Shown here in pieces: positions 7,211 through 16,814 of a stretch of 64,000 nt of DNA. Each line of letters starts with the position of its first letter. The stretch's first letter is position 1. The notes below the pieces were generated by a model. The model saw nothing but the letters and a program-made list of their open reading frames with translations, was not told the origin of the DNA and searched no databases. A program made the position numbers and the translations under genes. The stretch is from positions 1-64,000 of the forward strand of contig JANOSY010000024.1 of NCBI GenBank assembly GCA_031416075.1, given 5' to 3'. The DNA comes from Candidatus Tenderia sp. GTDB lineage: Bacteria > Pseudomonadota > Gammaproteobacteria > Tenderiales > Tenderiaceae.

Positions 7211-9687
7211 CCCCTCAACGTCTGCAACGGCGGTTGATTGATCACAAAACGCAGCCCCAGTGTGCCCGCCACACCAATACCAACCGCCCCCACCACCATG
7301 CCCGTCAGCCACAACGTGGGGCCGGGCACATAACCAAGATCAAAAAAGCGCTGCGCCACCACCATGCCAACCGCACCGGCGCTGAGCGCCGCCACCAGAC
7401 CTGCCAGCAGCCCAAGCCCGGCGTATTCGACCATGATGGTGCCCAGCAGCTGGCCACGGCGTGCGCCCAGTGTTCGCATCACCGCCGCCTCCTGTGTCCG
7501 TTCATCCAGGGTCGCCTGAATGGCGGCATACATCACCATCACCCCGGAAAACAGGGTGAAGATAAAGACATACTCCACCGCCTGTGTAACACGGGTAATG
7601 ATGGTGCGTACCTGATCAAGCACAGCGGCCACATCAATCACCGTGATATTGGGAAACTGTTGTACCAACTGGTTCAGCAACTCTGGCTGAGAGGGTGGCA
7701 GATAAAACGCCGTGATGTGGCTGACAGGATAATCCGCCAGCAAGCCCGGCGGCGTCACTACAAAAAAATTGGGTTGAAAGCTGTCCCACTCCACACTTCT
7801 CAGGCTACTGATCTGCGCCGTCAACAACATCCCAGCAACGTTGTAGGTCAGGGTATCGCCCACCGTCAAACCCAACTCTTTGGCAATCCCCTCTTCCAGC
7901 GAAAACAGATTTCCAGCGCTGTTATCGGTTGGCCACCACTCCCCCGCCACGATCTTATTGTCTGACTGCAGCTGCGCGGCTGATGAGAGGTTGAACTCAC
8001 GGCTCACCAGATGTTTGGCCCGATCACTCTCAAAGCCATCTTCTGATACCGGCTGACCATTAATCTCAGTGAGCCGCGCCCGTACCATGGGATAAAACTG
8101 CGGCGCGGCCACCCCTTGGGTGGCAAAAAAATCCTGCAGCGGCAGCAACTGTTCCGACTGAATATTGATTAAAAAGCGGTTCGGCGCATCCTCCGACAGC
8201 CGCTCCTGCCAACCATCCAGCAGATCGGTCCGCACCACTGCCAATAGCAGCAGCGCCATCAAGCCGATACTAAAACCAACCATCTGCACCAGTGTATGGT
8301 TGCCACGCCGTGCCAGATTGACCAATCCGAGTCTCCAGGCCGAGCCACCCTTGCTACGAACCAGACGCAGTAGCCGCAGCAGCCCCCAGGTCAACAGTGT
8401 CAAAACCAATAACAGTGCTGCAATCCCCGCCACCACGGCCAGCGCCAGCACCACACTCTGGGCCTGAACAATCGCCAGCAGCAGAAAGGCCGCACCACCC
8501 ACCCCGTAGGCCAACACCGTGCCGCCTTGCAGTCCGCCCAGATCACGCCGCAATACCCGCAATGTTGAGACATTTTTCAGCTGCAGGATCGGCGGGATCG
8601 CAAACCCCAGCAGGGTCACCAGGCCAGTAAACAGTCCGTAGAAGATAGGCAGCGCCGTCGGGGGCGGTAACTCCACCCCCACCAGCGGCCCGAGCAGCGC
8701 GGCCAACCCCCACTGCGCGCCATAACCCACTGCGACGCCCACAGTGCTGGCCAGCAGCCCCAATACCACCATCTGCTGTAGATAGAGTCGGCTGATAAAA
8801 CGCTGTTCGGCCCCCAGGCAACGCATCACCGCGCAATTATCGAGATGGCGACTGACAAACCGGCGCGCCGCCATCGCCACTGCCGTGGCTGCCAGCAGCA
8901 CGCTCACCAGTGCCGCCAGCCCCAAAAAGCGCTCCCCCCGCTCCAGCGCGGTACGCACCTCAGCGCGGCTATCACGCACATCACGCAGTGACTCACCGGG
9001 CAGCAGTGACCCCTGCCAGGCACTACGAATGGCCTCGATCTGTGGCGGCGTTCCCGCCAGCAGTAACGCACAACGGATACGGCTGGCGGGCTGCACCAGC
9101 GCCGTGGATGGCAGATCGGCCAGATTCATCAACAGCCGTGGGGCCACACTAAAGAGCACACCGCCAGCGGTATCCGGCTCCGTCACCAGCAGGGCTGCCA
9201 CCGTCAACTGAGTGGTGCCCACTGTAATAGGGTCGCCTATACCGATAGACAATGCCGTCAACAGCGGTGCAGCAACCCAGACCGTGCCCTCTACCGGGCC
9301 ACCCGCCACCGCCTGCCCCACCACAAATGGCTGGCTGGCGATACTATATTGCCCGCGCAGTGGATAGTGGCCGCTGACCGCCTTGAGCGCCACCAACTGA
9401 CTCTTATCACCCGCCACCACCATGGAGGGGAACTCCACCGTCTCAGCCAGCTGCAGCCCTAAGGCGGTGGCCTGCGCCTGCCGTTCAGCACTGACAGGCG
9501 CACTGCCCAGCAGCGCCAGATCCCCACCCAGCAGGTCACTGGCCTGATTGGATAGTGCCTGATCAATGCGGCTGGTAAAAAAGTTGACTGAGCTGACACT
9601 AGCCACCGCCACAATCAACGCCAGGAGCAGCACTCGCAGCTCACCTGCGTGCCAGTCACGCCGTAACATGCGTAGTGCCTGTCTCAT
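7207..9687 (-). CDS. ybbP: ABC transporter permease, YbbP/FtsX-like
   Basis: RRDWHAGELR start, LLGGDL, multi-TM FtsX domains, W.SFQPNFF; ATGA overlap with the ATPase stop. Confidence 0.88.
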   Translation of the reverse strand: MRQALRMLRRDWHAGELRVLLLALIVAVASVSSVNFFTSRIDQALSNQASDLLGGDLALLGSAPVSAERQAQATALGLQLAETVEFPSMVVAGDKSQLVALKAVSGHYPLRGQYSIASQPFVVGQAVAGGPVEGTVWVAAPLLTALSIGIGDPITVGTTQLTVAALLVTEPDTAGGVLFSVAPRLLMNLADLPSTALVQPASRIRCALLLAGTPPQIEAIRSAWQGSLLPGESLRDVRDSRAEVRTALERGERFLGLAALVSVLLAATAVAMAARRFVSRHLDNCAVMRCLGAEQRFISRLYLQQMVVLGLLASTVGVAVGYGAQWGLAALLGPLVGVELPPPTALPIFYGLFTGLVTLLGFAIPPILQLKNVSTLRVLRRDLGGLQGGTVLAYGVGGAAFLLLAIVQAQSVVLALAVVAGIAALLLVLTLLTWGLLRLLRLVRSKGGSAWRLGLVNLARRGNHTLVQMVGFSIGLMALLLLAVVRTDLLDGWQERLSEDAPNRFLINIQSEQLLPLQDFFATQGVAAPQFYPMVRARLTEINGQPVSEDGFESDRAKHLVSREFNLSSAAQLQSDNKIVAGEWWPTDNSAGNLFSLEEGIAKELGLTVGDTLTYNVAGMLLTAQISSLRSVEWDSFQPNFFVVTPPGLLADYPVSHITAFYLPPSQPELLNQLVQQFPNITVIDVAAVLDQVRTIITRVTQAVEYVFIFTLFSGVMVMYAAIQATLDERTQEAAVMRTLGARRGQLLGTIMVEYAGLGLLAGLVAALSAGAVGMVVAQRFFDLGYVPGPTLWLTGMVVGAVGIGVAGTLGLRFVINQPPLQTLRG

Positions 9688-10364
9688 GACGCGCCCTTCA
9701 AACGTCCCTCTTCCAGCTCTAAAGTACGCTGGCAACGGCTGGCCAGCTGGGCATCGTGGGTGACCAGAATCAGGGTCGTGCCCTGCTCGGCATTCAGCTG
9801 GAACAGCAGCTCTATGATGCGCTCCCCCGTTTTGCTATCAAGATTGCCCGTTGGCTCATCGGCAAACAGCACAGCGGGGCGGCTGGCAAAGGCGCGGGCG
9901 ATGGCAACACGCTGCTGCTCCCCGCCAGAAAGCTGTTTAGGATAGTGCCGTGCCCGCGCCGCCAACCCAACACGCTCCAACACCTGTTGTGCTATTGGCA
10001 ACGCATCGTCGCGTCCCGCCAGCTCCAGTGGCAACATCACATTCTCCAGCGCCGTCAGGTTGGGCAACAGCTGGAACGCCTGAAAGATAAATCCCACCTT
10101 GGCGGCACGCAGCCGGGCGCGGCCATCCTCATTCAGGGCAGAGAGCGGCTCCCCCGCCAGCGATATCTCGCCCGAACTGGCGCTGTCCAACCCCGCCAGC
10201 AACCCCAACAGGGTCGACTTACCGGCACCGGAGCTACCCACAATCGCCACGGTCTCACCCGCCATAATCTCCAGGTTAATATCCTGCAACAGCGTTAACA
10301 CCCCTTCGGGGCTAACAACCTGCTTAGTAAGATGGTGCACCGACAGGACAGCATTTCTATTCAT
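9684..10364 (-). CDS. ybbA: ABC transporter ATP-binding protein
   Basis: GSSGAGKST, LSGGEQQR, DEPTGNLD; divergent from tesA as in enterobacteria. Confidence 0.9.
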   Translation of the reverse strand: MNRNAVLSVHHLTKQVVSPEGVLTLLQDINLEIMAGETVAIVGSSGAGKSTLLGLLAGLDSASSGEISLAGEPLSALNEDGRARLRAAKVGFIFQAFQLLPNLTALENVMLPLELAGRDDALPIAQQVLERVGLAARARHYPKQLSGGEQQRVAIARAFASRPAVLFADEPTGNLDSKTGERIIELLFQLNAEQGTTLILVTHDAQLASRCQRTLELEEGRLKGAS

Positions 10365-10424
10365 ATTGATTGTCTCAGGTAAGATGGAATCTGATCAGTA
10401 ATCACCGAGGCAAAAGTACCCGTA

Positions 10425-11033
10425 ATGAAAACAGCATACCAGCTCCTGCTCACCTTCTCCCTACTACTGGCCGCACCTGGCACCTCCTTTGCCACCACCA
10501 TTCTGGTCATGGGCGACAGCCTGAGCGCCGCCTACGGCATCGCCCAGCAGTCGGGCTGGGTCAATCTGTTACAACAGCAGTTACCCCAGCAGCGGGTGAT
10601 CAACGCCAGCATCAGCGGCGAAACCACGGCAGGCGGCGCAGCGCGGCTCCCCACGCTGCTGCAACAGCATCAACCGGATATTGTGGTTATTGAACTGGGG
10701 GCCAACGACGGCCTACGCGGTCTGCCGATCAAGGAGATGCAAAAAAATCTGGCGCAGATGATCCAACAGAGTCAGGCCACCAAGGCCCAGGTACTATTGG
10801 TCGGATTACGCCTACCACCCAACTACGGCCCCGCCTATACCCGCGCCTTTGAAGAGAGCTACAGCGCGCTGGCCAAACAGTACCGGGCCAGACTGCTGCC
10901 GTTTCTGTTTACTGGACTCGAAGATTCGTCACGCCACTTTCAGGCCGACAACCTGCATCCAACGGCGGCGGCACAACCGATTCTGCTGAACAACGTCTGG
11001 CAGCAATTGCAGCCAATGCTTGGAACAAAATAA
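10425..11033 (+). CDS. tesA: Arylesterase / acyl-CoA thioesterase I (SGNH hydrolase)
   Basis: Signal peptide, GDSLSAAYG, NASISGETT, ELGANDGLRG, DNLHP. Confidence 0.93.
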   Translation: MKTAYQLLLTFSLLLAAPGTSFATTILVMGDSLSAAYGIAQQSGWVNLLQQQLPQQRVINASISGETTAGGAARLPTLLQQHQPDIVVIELGANDGLRGLPIKEMQKNLAQMIQQSQATKAQVLLVGLRLPPNYGPAYTRAFEESYSALAKQYRARLLPFLFTGLEDSSRHFQADNLHPTAAAQPILLNNVWQQLQPMLGTK

Positions 11034-11255
11034 CTCAAAATCGTGTAATTACTTCTCTGCATCCATCAAAAAACAACTCCCCGCTTACCAGCAGCCTTTT
11101 CCAACAAAGGGGACTGCTGCTTCAATGTGGCAGATAGGGCATCAATCATATTCTCAAGCCGACCTAACCTCTGATTTGCTTGCTCCAATAAGACCTCATG
11201 ACTTTTCAATGTGCCCGCCGCTGTCTGCAAACTTGTAGCAGTATGTTCAAGCGCA

Positions 11256-12029
11256 CTACATACTGCCAGTACGAGCCAACTCAAGCATCTGCCTTAATGC
11301 CTGACGGCGTTTTCTCTCAATTTGTGAATATACGTAATTCACAATGGATGTAATCGCCGCACGTTCCACCGCTTCTGTCGTCCCCGCACTTAGAATTGCT
11401 TCCTCACCTTCGATGCGTGATGAAATCTGACAGCGTTGTGCATATTCCCGGAAATGATACGCATAGTCACGGGCTAGCTCCTGTGGGTTATCTCGAACCG
11501 CAAGCCAATCTTCTCTCAGGGAAGGTTCAAGAGTATGGAGGCGATAATCGTTGGTGTAATCTTCTATAACTCCCAGCAGAATCAGTCTGATAATTGCGTA
11601 CTCGCTCGAAATATTTTCATCATCACCGAACTTTATAACTACGCGCCCACTTTTGCCAACACTCTCTCTAATTCGTATAATCGTTTGAGCCAGCGCCTTG
11701 ATATCCTCATCTGGTCCAACGAATGTCTTATCGTGAAAGAAAAAAGTTCGAATGAAATCTCCACCAGAAAATTCCCCACCTTTCTGTTGAAATTTTTGAT
11801 ATGCACTGCGTGCTTCATCGAGGCTGGCTCCAGGGTCAAGTATCCGGTTAGTAATAATCGAATCTTCATCCGAAAAAAGCATGATTGCCTTCCCATTCCT
11901 ACCATCGCGGCAGGCTCGGCCAATTTCTTGGTAGTAGGCCTCAGGTGATGGAGGCGCCATCCAGTGAATCACTTGGACTATGGACGGCTTGTCTATACCC
12001 ATCCCGAATGCCTTGGTTGCAATCATCAC
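11256..12029 (-). pseudogene. Fragment of a RecQ-family helicase (motifs V-VI plus C-terminal extension)
   Basis: Starts at IATKAFGMGIDKP..YYQEIGRACRDG; the Walker A and DEAH N-terminal half is absent. Confidence 0.8.
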
Positions 12030-13196
12030 CTTGAAACTATGCTTCGTTCCGCCGCGGATTCAACTCGTAAATGCAACTCACAGGTCAAGGTAGAAGGGCA
12101 AGCTGCGGTATTATCGTAGCTCCCTCCACCGACCAAAGTATGAGGACCACTGCGGGCAGTGCTGTTCATTAACAGCAGTGAAAAAACAAACAGCGAGGCA
12201 GTTATTGCAACGGGCAACCAGACTGGCCAGTAGAGAAGCGTTTTGAACATATTAGATATAGATCGCGGGCTGTGGACAATATCAACATACGTAGCTCATG
12301 CCAGCCGTCCATGATGGTACTGCACGGTAATGGCGTAGACCAGCGTTAGAAGCCCGTGAGGATCTTTCTAACGCCAGTCTCGGGCAACCTGGCCTGCCAA
12401 GAACTTGTAGAGTGGCAGCGGTGTTGCAACTGCCACATTTATAACTGGCACACTACTCTTCGTAACGCTTCTTTAGCTCTTTGGTTGAAAACTGCGACGG
12501 CACCGATTCGTCATCGCCACGAGCCGCTGGCGCTGTCTGACAACACTCCTTATGAAGATTTTGATGCGACTGTTTTTCCACCTTCACAATATAACTACTC
12601 GCCTGCTACTTAGCGGCAACAACACCTTGAGCGGCAAAACTCTGAGCAGCAAATGCAGCTAACGGCAACACAACCAGGGCGGCTTTGGCAATAAATAACT
12701 TCATAGTGTATCTCCTAACGAGGGGAATGAGAGTGTCCGATGACACATCGACATTTACCTGTCAGCAATTGGCGGGCCAACTTCTGAAACCCAGAAGAAA
12801 TATGGCGTTGCGGTTAAATATGAAGAAAATTGAATGGTGGCGGTGGTGTATTACAACCACCAGCGGTGGTAATGCACCATCGCCGGCTTAACAATCTGCT
12901 GACTTTCAAAATCTGCCCCAAAACCTGTCCCACGTAGTGCTTTGGGCATCGCCGCATCACCGCCCCCCCTTGCCACATCAAGCAGCAAACCTGAGCTTGC
13001 CATCAAGAGCATCATTGATAATAAAAAATAGTTGGGGGTGAGTCGCGCTTGCCAGATTTCCAAGCCTGAATAGTGGCAAACAAATGTGATCATCTAGTGA
13101 TACTTCCGTGACCATTGACCTCCACTATCTGTGAGACATCGCAGATCCAGCGCCATCCCTGGCTGAATTTTCCTTCACCCATAGAGAGGAGGTTTT

Positions 13197-13838
13197 ATGA
13201 ACAAGCTTTTCCCATTGAAAATGATTGCACTGCTGGCTGCGTCCAGCCTGCTGAATCCAGTGTTGGCCGATAACAATAAACAGCGTGACGATGACGACAA
13301 ACCTGTACGTATCACGGTTCTGGCACCTGAAGATGGTTACAAAGCAGGTCTCGGCAGCCGCGCCTTTCTGGTCGATCTCTCCATCCAGTTCAACGGCGAC
13401 CTCGCCTCCACCGGTGTCACCCCCGAGCTGACGGGTCCTGGCGCGATGCAGAACAGCGGCCCCTTCCCCGGCACCTTCGGCTTGGGCGCCAACCACGACC
13501 ATTTCCCAAGCCTAGTGGTACTGCTCAGCTCCACCACCACTGGAATGGGTCCGGGACAGAATCTCTCTAACCTCTTCAACATCAACACCGTCACCAACCA
13601 GGATGAGTCGGGCACCGAGATCTGGTCGACCTGGATCGTCGGCGCGCCCAACGCCTTCGGCCGTGTCGGTGAACAGACCCCATCACAACTCTTTGTGGCG
13701 GTGGTGGAGGGGACTGCCCCGGATGTGGTGGTCGACATGGACAGCAACGGCAAGATCGACAAAAAGGATTTGCGGCTGATGGGCTACAAGGTGATCTCCA
13801 ACACCCCGAAGGTTGATTTTGTCGTGAACGGAATCTGA
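13197..13838 (+). CDS. Secreted protein of unknown function with a DxDxNG Ca-binding-like loop
   Basis: GAGGAGG SD, signal peptide ending VLA, DMDSNGKIDKKD. Confidence 0.8.
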   Translation: MNKLFPLKMIALLAASSLLNPVLADNNKQRDDDDKPVRITVLAPEDGYKAGLGSRAFLVDLSIQFNGDLASTGVTPELTGPGAMQNSGPFPGTFGLGANHDHFPSLVVLLSSTTTGMGPGQNLSNLFNINTVTNQDESGTEIWSTWIVGAPNAFGRVGEQTPSQLFVAVVEGTAPDVVVDMDSNGKIDKKDLRLMGYKVISNTPKVDFVVNGI

Positions 13839-13926
13839 TCGTAAATTGAGCGCAGGGGGTGGCAACCGCATCAACGGCCGCACCTGCGCCGCTCTTCGTC
13901 ATCACCAATCAAAAGGAATATCCACC

Positions 13927-15333
13927 ATGCAGACCAAACGGACATTCGCCGCACTCTCCATGTCACTTCTACTGGGATCATTGATGATGCCGCTCCAGGC
14001 AGCGCCGCTGCCCAACGGCACCCTGCTCACCATCGACCCCGGCATCAACGATGCAACTTCGCCACGCTGTTATACCGGCTCCTGTTTTTCAATGGCCATC
14101 ACCCTGACCACTACCCGCTATCACTACAACTTCGTGCCGGGAACGGATGGCGGGATCGTGGTCGGTAAAAGCCAAGCCCCCGGAGTCTCCCCAGCACCGG
14201 GCGAACTCGCCGGATTTGTAAGGGTGGACGCCGTCGAAGCGCCGGGGTCGATCTATACAACCCCCATTCTGTACAATCCGACGGATGCCTCATCCAACAT
14301 TTTCGATGACAAGTCGTGCCTGAGCGCCAGCGCCTGCGCCGGCAAGACCGTACTCGGCACCTGGAACAAGGCTGGCGGCATCAGCACTGATGCCAACCTA
14401 GGCACTGATTCCAACGAGTGCACCAGTCCGGTCTACTGCCCAGGCGTCACCAGGTGGACCGTCACCCCGGCGGGTGCGGCCGGTCTGGATGGCGACCGTT
14501 ACATACTCGAATATCAGCGCGTCATTCCCCTCTATCAAGACGGCTATGACCGCCTCTACACCTTCCATCTCGAAGGGACCATCAAACTACCGAAGGTGAA
14601 TGGCGTCGATGTAACGGCCAGCCTGAGTGCAACACCCAATCCCGCCACACAAGGGGTGGCCTTGACCTATACCGCCACACTCACCAACTTTGGCACCGAA
14701 ACAGCAACCGGCGTGAGCCTGAGTGATGAGCTGCCGATTGGGGTGAACTTTGTCTCTGCCACACCCAGCCAGGGCTACTGCAATGGCACAGCAGCGGTCT
14801 CGTGTACCTTGGGTGATCTTGCCAGCGGCGCCACTGCAACCGTGGCGATCACGGTAACCCCCACAGTGACCGGCACACTTGTCAACAGCATCACCGCAAC
14901 AGCAAATGGCGACGTCAATGCCGCCAACAACAGCGCCAGTTCCAGTGTTGTGGTCAACGCGCCGGTGGTGACGACCGACCTGGGGGTGAGCCTGAGCGCC
15001 ACGCCGAATCCAGTAAAGCGCCTGAGCAATCTGACCTACACCATCAATGTCAATAACGCCGGGGTCGGCAGTGCGGCAGCGGTAACCGTCAAGGACACGC
15101 TACCTTTAGGCATGAGCCTTGTTTCAGCAACCAGCAGCCAGGGCACTTGCAGCGGCAGTTTCACCGTCACCTGCACCCTGGGTACCCTGGCCAGCGGCGC
15201 AAATGGCACCGTCTCCCTCATCGTGCGGCCCCTTTTTGCGGGAACCTATACCAACAAAGCCAGCGTCAGCACCACCACCAAAGAGAGCAGCCTCACCAAC
15301 AACAGCGCCACTGTTAAGGTCAGGGTGAATTAG
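13927..15333 (+). CDS. Secreted protein with a Cys-containing N-terminal domain and two DUF11-like Ig domains
   Basis: AAGGA SD, signal peptide, two repeats of LS(A)TPNP..LTYT..N.G..A..V...D.LP.G..VSAT.SQG.C..CTLG.LASG..NNSA. Confidence 0.85.
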   Translation: MQTKRTFAALSMSLLLGSLMMPLQAAPLPNGTLLTIDPGINDATSPRCYTGSCFSMAITLTTTRYHYNFVPGTDGGIVVGKSQAPGVSPAPGELAGFVRVDAVEAPGSIYTTPILYNPTDASSNIFDDKSCLSASACAGKTVLGTWNKAGGISTDANLGTDSNECTSPVYCPGVTRWTVTPAGAAGLDGDRYILEYQRVIPLYQDGYDRLYTFHLEGTIKLPKVNGVDVTASLSATPNPATQGVALTYTATLTNFGTETATGVSLSDELPIGVNFVSATPSQGYCNGTAAVSCTLGDLASGATATVAITVTPTVTGTLVNSITATANGDVNAANNSASSSVVVNAPVVTTDLGVSLSATPNPVKRLSNLTYTINVNNAGVGSAAAVTVKDTLPLGMSLVSATSSQGTCSGSFTVTCTLGTLASGANGTVSLIVRPLFAGTYTNKASVSTTTKESSLTNNSATVKVRVN

Positions 15334-15348
15334 GGAAAGTCTGTATAA

Positions 15349-15387
15349 ATCCTCCGTGCCCCACGCGGTGCTTTGGGCACGGAGGAT
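15349..15387. repeat. Perfect 13-bp inverted repeat (REP-like element or terminator)
   Basis: ATCCTCCGTGCCC-13 nt-GGGCACGGAGGAT, about 70 bp upstream of a RAYT remnant. Confidence 0.75.
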
Positions 15388-15455
15388 CTTTTACGATCAC
15401 TGCATTCACTCAGTGACCAGAGGGAGCAGCCTAGAATATTTTTTGAGGAACAATA

Positions 15456-15560
15456 ATGCCTCGTCGCCCACGTACCAACTTAGCTGGCTGAACTCTAGCT
15501 CGTGTGCGCAAGGCGCACCCTGCCTTAGCTTCGTGGCAAAAGATTACTCAGGAACAACAT
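15456..15560 (+). pseudogene. Remnant of the N-terminus of a REP-associated tyrosine (Y1) transposase
   Basis: GAGG SD, then MPRRPRTNLAG*, then frameshifted PCLSFVAKDY (RAYT N-termini resemble MPRRPR..LAG.P.H..QRG....CF....DY). Confidence 0.55.
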
Positions 15561-15607
15561 AGCTGCCACTCCCTGGATTACGCAAACAACGTGTCACCCA
15601 GACAACA

Positions 15608-15759
15608 TCACTCCTCCACCACTTTTCCCACCCGCCTGTGCTCCGTCAGTACATCGGCAAATCCAAACCGGCGCATAGCGCAGATACACTTGAGATAGGG
15701 CACACCACCAAGATGATCGCACTCATACTGGACCACGCGAGCCTGGATGCCTTCGCCAT
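15608..15759 (-). pseudogene. C-terminal remnant of a peptide deformylase
   Basis: EGIQARVVQYECDHLGGVPY...MRRFGFADVL matches def ARVVQHExDHLxG with the first His mutated; the rest of the gene is missing. Confidence 0.65.
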
Positions 15760-15762
15760 AGC

Positions 15763-16662
15763 TCAATCGCTTTTCAAATTTTCGTCGGCTTCCACCTGCC
15801 GTCGCGCCGTTAAAAATGCTGCCAGCAAAATCAGTCCCCCGCCGATCCACTCCACCAGCCGCACCACCTCTTCGGTCAGCAACCAGGCGGCAACAGCACC
15901 AACAATCAACTCAAACAGCATGATCACGGCTGAGCGGTGAACCGGCATGTGGGTGACGCCGTACTGCACGGCCACAGTAGTGATGCCGAGACCAAAGATA
16001 CCAAGCAGCATCGCACCATAAACGGCATTCATCTCTACCTGCGGCAGGGCACTGCTGGTGAGTAGTAGCCAACCACCACAGATGAGCAGCGCCCCCCACC
16101 AGGAGGAGACCGCCTTATTGGTGAGTGAGATATGCTGCGCCTTACGCACCAACACATTGGAGAGGGCAAAGGCAAAACCAGCGGAGATGGCAAACCAGTC
16201 GGAACTGCTCTGCGGCCAGGGGAAGCCAAGCTGCGGCGACCAAAGCATGATCAGCGCGCCGACCATCGCCAGCCCCAACACGATCTGCGCATAACGGCTC
16301 ATCTGTTCGTTAAGCAGCAACCGTCCCAACAGCACCGCCCAGAGTGGCGAGAGGTAAAAGAGCAGTAGCGCCCGTACCACCGTGCCGTCAAGCACGGCGA
16401 CGATAAAGGCGAGGTTGCACCAACCGCTGGCGAGGCCGATGCCGAGTAACGTCCAGAAGTTCTCGCGGCACTCGTCACGCTGCCGCCACAGCAGCGGCAA
16501 TGCCAGCAGCAGGACGGAGCCATAGGCGATAAGGCTGGTCCAGACACCATCCAGCCCAGCCTTGTCCAGCAGCCGCAGCGGGTACCACATCGTGCCCCAG
16601 AAGGTGACGGCCAGCAGTAGACTGCCCACGGGCAGCAGTTCGTATAAACGGTTGTTTCTCAT
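15763..16662 (-). CDS. DMT/EamA family transporter
   Basis: About 10 TM segments in two EamA halves; LLFYLSPLWAVLLGRLLLNE. Confidence 0.9.
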   Translation of the reverse strand: MRNNRLYELLPVGSLLLAVTFWGTMWYPLRLLDKAGLDGVWTSLIAYGSVLLLALPLLWRQRDECRENFWTLLGIGLASGWCNLAFIVAVLDGTVVRALLLFYLSPLWAVLLGRLLLNEQMSRYAQIVLGLAMVGALIMLWSPQLGFPWPQSSSDWFAISAGFAFALSNVLVRKAQHISLTNKAVSSWWGALLICGGWLLLTSSALPQVEMNAVYGAMLLGIFGLGITTVAVQYGVTHMPVHRSAVIMLFELIVGAVAAWLLTEEVVRLVEWIGGGLILLAAFLTARRQVEADENLKSD

Positions 16663-16814
16663 TTTTATGTATAATGCTCGGCCATTGATTGACGGACCTT
16701 ATACCGGCTTTTCTGGCAGATGGCCACATTCCTGTCACCCAGTTCAATGAGATTGCCGCTTTCCTGACAGAAAACGTTACAGAGTTCCAGCGCCACGGCA
16801 GAGTGAACAACCTT

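Noticed and set aside
11066-11284. 72-aa coiled-coil-like ORF and the 74-aa ORF at 12026-12250
   Set aside because: No recognisable family or clear ribosome-binding site; probably debris within the variable region.
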